Source: Phoronis australis (taxonomy: Eukaryota > Animalia > Phoronida). From it: DNA of 64,000 nucleotides. The notes under the pieces were generated by a model. The model was not told the origin of the DNA. It saw nothing but the letters and a program-made list of their open reading frames with translations, and did not search any database. The stretch covers positions 239,856-303,855 of the forward strand of contig NMRA01000246.1 of the NCBI GenBank assembly GCA_002633005.1, written 5' to 3'. The translations under genes were made by a program, and so were the position numbers. Positions 12,801 through 23,850 of the stretch are shown piece by piece (positions within the stretch are counted from its first letter, which is position 1; every line of letters begins with the position of its first letter).

Positions 12801-13588
12801 AAGTGGANTTTATCTTTATGTTATTTGTACACTCATATTTCTGTACCTTATCAGTCATAATAAATGACCTTATATCGCCTATACACGGTCTCCTTTGTAT
12901 CTCTGGAAACGGAGCTTGCAACGCACCTATTATTTTCGGGACATATTCCGAGCATAAATGATATTTCACTCGTTAAATATATTTATGTGAGAATATGGAC
13001 GCATCAAGCATGGGTACATTATATGGGGCTATTGCTGAGCTCTCAGGATAAAGTTTTGTTCCAAGAAATTGGGTTTTTGGAAAACTCCATGGTCTCCATG
13101 AAAGAATTTGTTTTTTTTGAAAAATATATAATTACGAACCTCGGGGCTTTGCATATAGTTTTCTGGGTCTACTAGATCAATACTTTAAACGTTATCTACA
13201 AAGAGCACAGATCTTTGCTAGCTAATAAAGGATTTTTTCAGATTGCATTTTCAGATATTTTTAGTTGAATTGTGGGCACTAATGTACACAATTAGGATCC
13301 TAGATTTTAAGATCCATCAAGTATGTCACTAGAAACTGGTTCTCAAATTCCTGGACCCTGGCATAGTGGAGCCCACTTTATGTCATATGCAGATTGTTGT
13401 CAATAAGCGGGGGTATTTTATTATCTTGACATTAAATGGGCCCCACTGTATTATCAAATTTTGAGGAAGATTAAAATCATGGAATTCCAAAGTTTCTCAT
13501 AAACTCTGTGTTTTTAAACAAAATATTGTTTAAAGTATCGCTACTTCGTCCTTTGCCTTTTTGAAAACAGACAGGCTTTAGCTTTGTC

Positions 13589-13654
13589 TAAGGTATACAG
13601 TGAACATGGTATGCTTATGCATGTCTCTGTATACCATGTTCACTGTATACCTTA
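13589..13654. repeat. Perfect 24-bp inverted repeat (66-nt hairpin)
   Basis: TAAGGTATACAGTGAACATGGTAT (13589-13612) is the exact reverse complement of 13631-13654; the spacer is 18 nt. Confidence 0.9.
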
Positions 13655-13859
13655 AGATTTCTATTTCTTGAAGTTCTAACCCTAAGGATGTCAATCTGCT
13701 GTTCGTGCTTTTGAAATTATAAGTTGAATAAATAACAGTAGTCACATCCTTAAAAGCTACTGCTTCTTTTGCTGCCATTCGAGTGACTACTAATTTACAA
13801 CAAAAGTATGATGTTCATCATTCTCATTAGAAAAGAACAAGGACATTAGATCTGTTTGT

Positions 13860-15040
13860 GTAATATGTACTCAGGCTACAATCCAACAATGACAACGGTC
13901 ATCTGAAAAGGACACAAGAATTTGTCTTAGCTAAACCCGATCTGTCTCTCCCACTTTTTAATGATAAATTGTCCCTTAATTAAAACTGAGTGCCGATGTC
14001 ACTGATTAATTGTCCATATCATAGTTGGAATGCCATGCTTGCATGTTTCTGCCTTGCTCGAGCAGATTGCCTGTGAACGCTGATGGCATTTGGAGGTTCA
14101 ATAGGTTCGGGTGGTACATATGGTTTGGTCACATCGGCAGGCAGGGTGTAGTCATGGTGACTCAACATTGGTATGGTAGTAGGGGTCGATGCATCCATCT
14201 CCTGTACTGAAGGGCTACGATGTTTTTTACTTTTGATGCACAATAGCTCACGATCAGCAGTTTGCTTAGGCCTTGACTGAGGCTGTGCTTTGCGTACATC
14301 GTCAGTCATTGGTTGAGGCACAAATGACATTGGCCCTTGTCATTTCATGGTCTTTTTCAATTTGTCAACAATGTAGTTGACTGAAAACGAGAGAATTTGC
14401 GCAGGATTTTTCAGTTTCGCAGGATGACTCTACCAGCGCCATGGACTTTTACAACACACTGCTATTGGTCAAACTGACTCATTTCAGTTATCACATCTGT
14501 TTTGTCCCATTTGAGAGGCTGAAGCCCAGTTTGATTTTGGACCTGCACCTGGTCTCAGTAAGGGGCAAGCTAGGGCCTCATTGTGTGTTCTGACCAGCGT
14601 TCAGCGTCCTTCATGTATTTGATTGCTTCCTCCCATGTGCTGTGATGTTTGTACTTCCCAGGTGGTATTGGGATGAAATTCCGGCTGATGAGTCAGAGAG
14701 TGAGAGACGCAGCTTTCTGAGCCAGTGGCTAAAAATAATACTCAGCGTGGCTCTGCTTCAAATCGGATGTTTTGCCGCTTTTGTCTCGAAATTAGGGGTG
14801 AAGATGGACGTATTTGTGACTGGAACAAATAATCACCAACCCCCTGGCCTTACCTTCCAGAATATATAGTGGCTGTTCATCAAAAATGACCCACCTTTCA
14901 TTGCCACAAATACTTGTGGATTCAGTCACTGATGGCCGTTGTCATAGATAAGAGCAAGATGTATTTGTTTTCAGGCTACAATCCAACAATAACGAGTGTC
15001 ATTTGAAAACAACAAAAAATGTCTTAGCTAAAACCCTTTA
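13860..15040 (-). mobile_element. Internally deleted Gypsy LTR retrotransposon remnant (integrase C-terminus)
   Basis: Minus-strand translation with stops and frameshifts: RNFIPIPPGKYKHHSTW...MKDAERWSEHT...DQVQVQNQTGLQPLKWDKT...FDQ..VVKVHGAGRVILRN*KILRKF, then a P-rich tail ending RQSARARQK. Purine tract AAAAAGTGGGAGAGA (13945-13959, - strand). ~75-bp direct repeats at ~13860-13937 and ~14960-15036 bracket it. Confidence 0.8.
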
Positions 15041-15189
15041 TAATGCCAGTAAAATATTACTATCGCACATTGGGTTGCAATGACAGACACCTGCAGGTCC
15101 TTTGTGTGATGCACTTTTCCACCTCCGGCACAAAAGAGGAGACTTGAATTCAGGATGTGACTAATTCAGAAAGCTATTACTTATTTCAG

Positions 15190-18100
15190 GCGCATCGTTA
15201 TGTGCCCTTTCAATTGCAGGTCCTGTTTGAAGGTAACATGGCTTGTGGCAAGTCAACGTGTCTTGAATACATACGCAGAAATTATCCACAAGTTGAGGTA
15301 TGACACACTTGTGAAAATGTATTATGGATAGGGGACTTGTAGCTGGGTCAAAAATGAATATTGATTTAAGCCTATTACTTTTAATAGGACTTGCTGTGAT
15401 AGCTCTATATGTGTTGCCAAGAAGAACATTGAAACCATGGCAACATGAGGAAACACTTCAAAAATTATTTGAGTTGGTAGCCGAAATGGAATCCTTTGAC
15501 AGTAAGCAATATTGTATATTTAGACCTTATATTCAATTGTTAGCTAGCTAAACATCGAGGAATGATGCTTTAATTTTTCGCTTTTCATACTCAGAGTTAA
15601 ATAATTTTTGTGCCATAAATGTGAAGTATTTCCAATGGAAAAAAAAATTCTTTTGTAAGAAACTATATTCAGGTTGTGCACATATCTTTAGTCTTTGGTC
15701 TTATTTTAAGCCATGTGTAACTTTTAATGATTTATTCTTTTCGCAAAATATTGCTCATCCCGTAGTCCAGATGATCAAAACCTGCTACTTTTGTGTTGCT
15801 GTAACGGAGGCCTGTAAAGTGCAGCCCCATGTGTGTCAGTCGTTAGGCTCCCTCAGGTCATAATTCTGGGTACCAACCTGAACTGTGCTGCGGAGTACAT
15901 GCAGCTCCATATAAAGCCAGATGGGGGTAATAACAGTAAGACTAAGATGCTGAAAGTTTGCTTTGTGTTCAGTCGCCATTAATTCATGAACATCTGGCCT
16001 TTGTGATTGCAACATCTGAATGTGGTTCAAAGTGCATGACTGACTTCCTCTTGTTTGTCCTCTCATTGTAGTCATCCATTGAGCCAATTGACAAATGGAC
16101 AGATATTGGTGGACACAATGCATTGGTAAGTGATTTGTTTAAGGTTTCTTCCTGAAAATTGATTTTTTTAAAGAGCTTTATAGCACTTTTTTACCCCTGT
16201 GTGCAACACAAAAGGTTGCAGTTGGGTTAGTTTGTTTTTTTAAGGCAAAATATTAAATGATGACTAGCTTATTTACTAATTGTTCTTTAATTTGAAGATA
16301 TTGTCTTTTGAAAATTCATTTCTTTGGTCAAAGTTTCACTTTGGTATTGTAATTCTGTCAAAACATAAGGAGACGAGAGACTATGGCCATGTGCAAACCT
16401 CATTATGCAATGCATGTGCTAACACTATTTGCACGCAAGTGGATGAAAATGAATGCATCCCTCCACCCCACAGCCTCCAATGAATGCATCCCTCCACCCC
16501 ACAGCCTCCAATGAATTTCTCGGCACATCACAGACTTAATGGCTTCATCACACATGGAAGTGCGCTTATCGATATTCATGGGCTTGGCTGAATGTGTATT
16601 GCATGAGATAGTTGCGGTGGTAACTGTTTTAATTAGGCGAAGATGTTTATTAACTGAACTCTGATTGGACAATACATGACATAAACAACCAATCACATGC
16701 CTACATATTACTTATATGTAAAGAGGTCAAGGGTTACTCCAATTCTGAATGAACTTTGTTTATGACGCATTACTACAGCAGTAACCATCGCATCTGTTTA
16801 GCATACTAGTTTCAAAATCAAGAAACGAACAATGAGTAATTAGGCCAAAATGACTATTTTTGCCACCGTTAAACTTTTATGATTGGTTCATTGTAAGAAA
16901 ATTTATAGTGAATACATTTTCTGAGCCACGCAGATTAGTCAACTTTCATGGAAGGATGGATTAGCGACAGTCTGGCTTAGACGCGCTTATAGCGTTGGGG
17001 TGACAAAAGCCTAATGTTAGCGTATGAGTTGCCTGATTCTTCCTGAAGGCATCTCGTTACTCCTAAATGCTATCCCCCTACGGATGTAAAATTCATTGTT
17101 TTAGCATAGAACGTCAAGCTTTGATTTAGTGCTGCTTATTTTTAATGAAAAACTTCCTTTGTCCACCATTCTGTGTCCTTTAAAATTGGTGAGATTTTGC
17201 CACTTGTTTGTTTAATATTATTTATTTCACAAATTAAAATCCTTTATTTTCAGTACTTTTTATTTGAATCCAATTTGAAATATTCAGTTAAATGAGTGAA
17301 AGCAAGAAAATTATGTCTTAATACTAAATAATACATTCCCTGAAAAGTTTCTGTAATGAGTCAAAATGTAGCTATGGTTGCAGCTGATGTGTTGTTTATT
17401 CTAACTGTTCTAATCATTTGTGTCCTGCGCTTTATTGCAGTCTCTCCTTTACCAAAATCCCAATCGCTGGTGCTTCCATTTTGAGTCCTACGCACTCTTG
17501 ACTCGCCTACAGCAACACGTTCAAAAATCGGTAACTTCTGTCAGATGTTCTTAACATCCATTTGAGTTATAATTTTGATAATGGTTAATAAACGGTGCTT
17601 CTAATTTCGATGCTTCCTTATATTAGCAGAATAATTATAATGGGATCAATAGTAATTGGTGTTTACAGGTGTGTTTGCCCTGAATGTACCTACCTAAAGG
17701 TTGACTGGCTACACCTAATGAATTATAATTAACTCTAACTTGTTTTGGTTTCCATGTATAGCCATATGAGTGTTCTCCACAACAGAAAATTCAAACTCAA
17801 TTCGAATTGGAAACTGAATTCATGAACCCTTTCGAATGCCTATCTTTAAAATGAGGAGTGTAATTTTCATTAAGTCTTGCTGTAGATGCAATCAACTGGT
17901 GCTAAAAGTTTGAAATGTCCTAGTTTGCTTTAAGTTAGGTTTTAAAACATTGCGCAAGTACAAAGTTAAACTTGTCAAGGCGAAAGTGAAAATAATTACT
18001 GCGATGAGACATAAAGGTTGTGGAGAACACTGAACGCATATTTTGACTCAGGCAAAATATTTATTAGGTTTTCGTGTTGCTGCGTATTTCATGTTTGACT

Positions 18101-21100
18101 ATAGTACAGTTGTCTACAACAAATCACCTTTATTTTGTCTTATTTCAGAAATTTCCTGTCAAGTTTTTAGAGAGGTCTTTGTTCAGCACAATGCATGTGT
18201 TTATAGAGAATGACATTAAGAACGGTATGCTCCATCCAATGGAGTACGCTATGCTAAAGAAATGGTATGATTGGATAGTCAGCGATGTCCAGGTGCCTGT
18301 GGATTTAATTGGTAAGGGGATGGGAATAGTGTGATAATATTCCTATAGATGAGGTGAGTATAGGTTTGCTACGAACAAGTTGGATACTAGATTCTTCCAG
18401 CAGAGGCATTGGTTCAAGTTGTCAAAGTGCCCACACCCTATTTTTCTAAATTCCTACTTTTGAAATTAATGCTCTTTTCATTTATGCGCCTACTTTTTAG
18501 ACTTCTACATTTTATGATCACTTGTAGTCAACATTCCACCTGCATATGATTACCTTTGCCTGGCTGTCGATTTTATCAAAAACCACGTGGCAGATGACAA
18601 TCAAATTTGGCAAAGAGTTCTGAAATATTTATTTTTGGACGGATTTGACTACTGCAGTTGTACCTCTTGTTTTGGTTTTCAACATGAAAATCCTTGTCCG
18701 TCGATTTTTGGTGAAACAACTTTGCGAATTTTGATGAAACTCGACACAAAGATATATGTTGGAAAAGCTCCAGCACCAGTCAGTTTTCACACGGCTTTAA
18801 CTATCATAGCACCCTCTGTTCTGAATTTATTTTTGAAACAAAATTCTTTGTCAGTTTTTGGCAAAATAACTTAAGTTTACAAATTTGTGACTCGATCTAA
18901 TGCAGTGGTAAGTAATGGGAGTTTGTCACCACCAATCACTTTTTAAATAGACTCCACTACCCTAGCACCAATTATTCAACAAGATTTTCCTCGGCCGTTG
19001 ATTGTTATTATGGAGGTTAAAGTCAATGACGAGATTTTTATTTGTTACAAAATCCAGTGATTGATGCACAAAAATGACACTCATTAGATTTTTTTTCACC
19101 TAAAGGGCAGTAACGGGTAAGGTGAGTGTCGTTCGATTCCCAGAATTTGCATACACCCCCACCGGTCGTTAGCTCTACATGTTGATACAAGTTTCACCAC
19201 AAGGTGACGGGCAGAACTATCCGGCTCCTAGAAGTACTTAGACATTAACCTTCATAAAGTTAGCTGACTAGCTAGGATGTGCCGACACTGTGTTTTTACT
19301 GAACAGATTGGAGAACTGTAGCACCCTCTGTTGGCCATTTTAGTTATTGACAAGGTATTGGTTATTGTCAAAATGGCTCGACAGGTATTTTGATGGACCT
19401 TGATATAGGGGTGAATGGCTAGTATATGCCATTGTTTCAATTTTTTTACATATAGTAAAACAACTCCATCATCGTTATTCAAGGTCAGGAAAGGTCGATC
19501 ATGACTTTAAAAATTGATGCTTTTAAATTCTCTTGCTTGACTTAGTATCCAAACTTAAAATTTATGTTTTGGTTTTTCAAATGAAATGCAATATATATTA
19601 TCCCTGTTTCTAAACCGTTACATCATGAATTATTTCGTGTAGTTTATCTCCAATCATCACCTGAAGTTTGCTTTGAGCGCACAAAAGCCAGGGGACGGAA
19701 GGAAGAGGAGAACGTGAGATTGGTGCGTAAAACTAATGAGAAGTCACTGGTGTGAAGTAACAGGACTGGGATGCATTTTTTAATCATTATGGTAGACACA
19801 CGTGGCGAGAAATCTTGGTTTTTGTAATGGAAAGAGTGTGTTCACTGATATTTGTGGTTCAGCATAAGGTCTCGCTGAACAACTTCTTCAGTGGTCATTT
19901 TTGTAGTGTAGGCTTTTAAAGTTCAGGGCTTGGAATTTTCTGCGGAAACGCGGATTTCCGCTTTATTCAAATGTGCTTTCCGCTTTTTTTATAATATTTC
20001 CGCGTAAAAAAATCGATTTGATATAAAATTTCCGCGGCAAATTCCTTTCTTACCGCGGCGTTGCAGACGACGTTCACCGCGAAAAGCGGAAGTTGCTCTT
20101 TATGTTCGGAGGAACGTAAATTGTCAACATTGCCGGGGCATCTGGGATAGCGTGGTGTGATTTTCAATGGCGTCTCGTGTTATTGTTAAGTGCGGCGACA
20201 AATACTACCGCACTGCAGCCAAAAATGTGTGGGTTGGGAGTGGACGGGCGAGCTAAAAGGACGCAGACGCATGCTACTGATGGTGGTAACGTTTTTTTTT
20301 TTTTTTAGTCCTCCCGATTTTGTCGGGGAAAGGTTCACGTTGACCAGTTCTAGGCTGGTTATCGGGCGATGATTTGGGTCGTAAAAGTTTCAAAGTTTCC
20401 GCGTTTTTTGGCATTGGTCATTCCAAGCCCTGAAAGTTGCTGGACCACATTTGGCAAGTGAGACAGTTAAATGTACTTTTTGTATGTTACACAGCGAAAT
20501 AAATCATGATCTTAGGTCCAGGTACAAAGAATCCCAAAGCCGCATGTTCTTGCATTCTCTAACAATAATCACTGTCAGAAAATTTAATTCGAGTCTCCAG
20601 CATATCTCGTGATGCATAGCAACAGTAGTTAATGTAGGATTCCGGGAAGGTCTATTAGGCATCATTATAGAACTCAAGTTTTGTCTCATTAATTTTGACT
20701 TGCTTGTTGATGATATTTCTGTTTATTGATTCAGAAGTGTGCTATTTATTCTCCTTTCCAGAGTTATGTACAAGAGCTTCACGAAAGATACGAGGATTGG
20801 CTAGTCAAAGGAAAGTATCCTGTTTGTGCGCCGGTTACTGTAAGTATTAATAACCTAGTGTACAGCACCATTTAAAATAAACTGGAAGTTGAAATTGGAC
20901 AGTTTTGATGCACAAAGTTGTGATTAATCTGTTTCATTTTGTCTATTCCTCACCTACTGTGTGAGGCCATTCACAAAGTAATAACCCTTTTTCAATTATG
21001 AGATTTTGAAAAATTAAGTACAGTTCAAAGTTAACCAAAATTAACAAACAATTATGAACAGTGTGTTACTCCATGCAGAACAAAAGCCAACACAGATTTG

Positions 21101-21269
21101 CACTTGATATATTTAGTGTCTGAATATGGTACTCGTTCTAACATATCAGTTTCAAAAGTTGTTTGACAATTTTCAGGTAATTGACGCTGACCAACCATTG
21201 GAGCAAGTGTTCCTTAAAGTGGACGATGCAAATCAACAATTGTTTGGAATGGTAGAAAAAGATTCCTGA
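15190..21269 (+). CDS. Deoxyribonucleoside kinase / TK2-like, paralog 2 (5' coding exons unresolved)
   Basis: Exons: 15190 (or 15220)-15297, 16072-16125, 17441-17530, 18149-18311, 19643-19722, 20762-20839, 21177-21269 (TGA). All are GT-AG, phase-consistent and free of stops. Motifs: VLFEGNMACGKST, EPIDKW, LYQNPNRWCFHFESY, FLERSLFS, VYLQSSPEVCFERTKARGRKEE, YVQELHERYEDWL, VIDAD. AATAAA at 22496-22501. Confidence 0.9.
16448..16509. repeat. Exact 31-bp tandem duplication
   Basis: aatgaatgcatccctccaccccacagcctcc occurs twice head to tail. Confidence 0.92.
19924..20432. mobile_element. Non-autonomous TIR element (CAGGGCTTGGAAT family, hAT-like termini), CpG-rich young copy
   Basis: Perfect 13-bp TIR CAGGGCTTGGAAT / ATTCCAAGCCCTG; perfect 6-bp TSD AAAGTT (19918-19923, 20433-20438); repeated subterminal TTTCCGC motifs. 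Confidence 0.88.
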
Positions 21270-23850
21270 GGACTGCTCACTCAGAATGCAAAGTGTATGC
21301 AGTATATGGACTGCCAACTCTGTATATTCTTAGAACAAGAGATTTGTCATCTTGCACAAAAGCCAAAAATGTCTCGATTCACCAGCAGCCCCAGCCTAGC
21401 TGTCCCATTTTACTTTTGATATGGACATGGTTTCTGTCGTCATAGCTTCAACTTTCTAAGTACATGCCGTGAACTGTTGGCAAACTAAAGACATTGAACG
21501 TCTTTTCAGTGCCAAAATAATTTCTTTCGTAAAATGTAGTTACCGGTTCCAGAATTTCCTGTCTGAATACACAATCAGAAGCTGATATTAGCACATGAAG
21601 TAAATGGTGCTTCCGCAAGGAAAATATTAAAAGTGCAATTCTGTTGTCTATGGTGGACAAATGTAGATTTTTAATCACCTTCATTTACCCTTGTCCAACA
21701 CGCTAAATTTATTAGCAAGACTTGATCTGTGACTTTCGATTTTAACTTGCCCAGCGCACATTCTGTACAAATGACCAGTTATCTTTACGAAAGTCACATG
21801 TCTGCTTCTGTATAGTCTCGGGGTGTATAATGAGATTAACTTCTAGTCTTAAAAGAGGAATGCAACTGTCTTAACTGTTAGGTTTCATCAGGTTGCTTAT
21901 TTGTGCTATTTGTATTGCGCCAACTGCAATATTATTTGCTTGAACAGTAGTTCATGCCTTTAAAGCCTAACTTAACAGAATTTTGTTATTTTAGATGTAT
22001 TGAGTTAACCAGATAGTGGTAGTAAAGCCTTGGTAAAATAAGAAAATGCGAGTTCAATCACGCAAATGTCAGAAGGCAAGTAATAAGTGAAGCTGCCTTT
22101 TCACACCATGTTATGTCACCGTGAGATCCCAGCACAAACAACAAGAGGTTGTATTGAATTGGGGTCTGAATAGAACACCGTAGCGTGAGGGTGGTATTCG
22201 CAGCTGTTTGAATTAAAAGGTGATTCTCGCTGTGAAGTAGACTAAAGCAAGCCAATACGCCCAACAGTTTGTTACATTCGACAATTTATAGGACTAGTGG
22301 GCTCAGAACGATGCTCTATATCATACTGTAGGAACCAAATTTTCAGGTGTTACCATTGAAGATGTGGCTTTAATTGCTGTTCCCCCTCCCATAAGGATTT
22401 TGCTGGAGCAGCCTTTATCAGAAAAATGATGTTATTGATGTGCATGCAAAAATAAGGTCTTCAGGGTACAGATTAAATACTCTCCTGTTATGTGTAATAA
22501 AGTATCTCTAGTCGACATCATTTTTTTGTTTTTTGTTAAATTGGAGTCGAATATTACATGTCAGTGTAAGCTTTTATATTAGGCTTCGAATCATGTACAA
22601 TGTAGACAGTGTGTAAATTGTAGATTTATCCATCATTGGTCGTTAGTATTTTCATTTCATGTCGTTCTCCTGAATTCCTCAATTTCACTTTTTAATGTTG
22701 GTACTTTATATAAAGACAATTTTGTCTAGAAAAAACAAAGCAGGTATTATGACTGTAGCTTTGAGTAAGGCAGAAAGACAGTCACTTCAAAATGAACCAA
22801 TCATTGCACAGCTATAACCAAGATTGCCCATGACAACAGTTACTTATCTCTGTAATTGGCATCAATTGTTGTTTCAATGTTAGAGGGGACTACTACTACC
22901 TTACATTCCACACATCAACATGAGAAACTACTAATCATGGGTGAATATATATTTCAATCCATTTAAAGTTTGTTCTAATTGATTTTTTATGCTAAGACAA
23001 TATCTTACAAAGCTAAGTGCTTGCCGTGTTGTCTACCAGCAATGCTTGCAGACTGGCTGGATGTTATCAATATTGCGGTTTGTAAGTTTTGGTGTGCTTA
23101 GTCACATTGTTCATGAAAGCCTGTCACCAACATTCCTAAATACTGCACCGATGTTAGGCTCTTATGTTGGTAATGTCAATGCAGGGATTAACGGCGATGT
23201 TTTTCACTTAACTACACCTTACAAGTTTCCGTATGTCCCTTTTAATCTTGTAACTTGTGCGTAAAAATGACACGAGTCCAGGTTCACTATCTGAGGGCAC
23301 CACTTCCTCACTAAGAGACTCGCACTAATGTCGTCTTGCATTTATTTAAATATAAGATGGTCGAAACATACCATAGTGTGGCATCTGATACCACCTTGGT
23401 CATATTTCATGAATTACAACAGCTAAATGCATTTGTCTTGAGCTACTGACAAGAGTAACTGACAAGTTTGTGACAGGAAAATTGTGGTTTCCAACAATTA
23501 TCTCCAAAGATCCATCATGATTGTACTCAATATTAAGTACCTGTAAATCGGTACGTATAAACATAAAACAACCATATGTATGCCAGAAAGGAATACATCT
23601 AATCTCAATAACTTAACATCCATCACATCTAGCGGTAATCCTAATCTTTACATTTATGACTTATTTACATTGAACATAGCACAATGAAGTATCACAGCAT
23701 GGAAGGCACATAGTGGCACATTTCTTGGCAAACAAAAACAAGATGTAAACAACTTTGAAAATATAAATTACTAATAAAGCTTATTATTAGTCTTGGAGAA
23801 AAAAATTCTTGCAACGCCTAGTGCAAGGTTAGTGTGCACTAACGTAACCT

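Noticed and set aside
19100-19150. tRNA or SINE (GTTCGATTCCC B-box-like)
   Set aside because: I could not build an A-box at proper spacing or a cloverleaf.
808-21269. Viral or horizontally acquired deoxynucleoside kinases
   Set aside because: Both genes have many spliceosomal introns at shared positions matching the animal TK2 pattern, and no viral genes are nearby.
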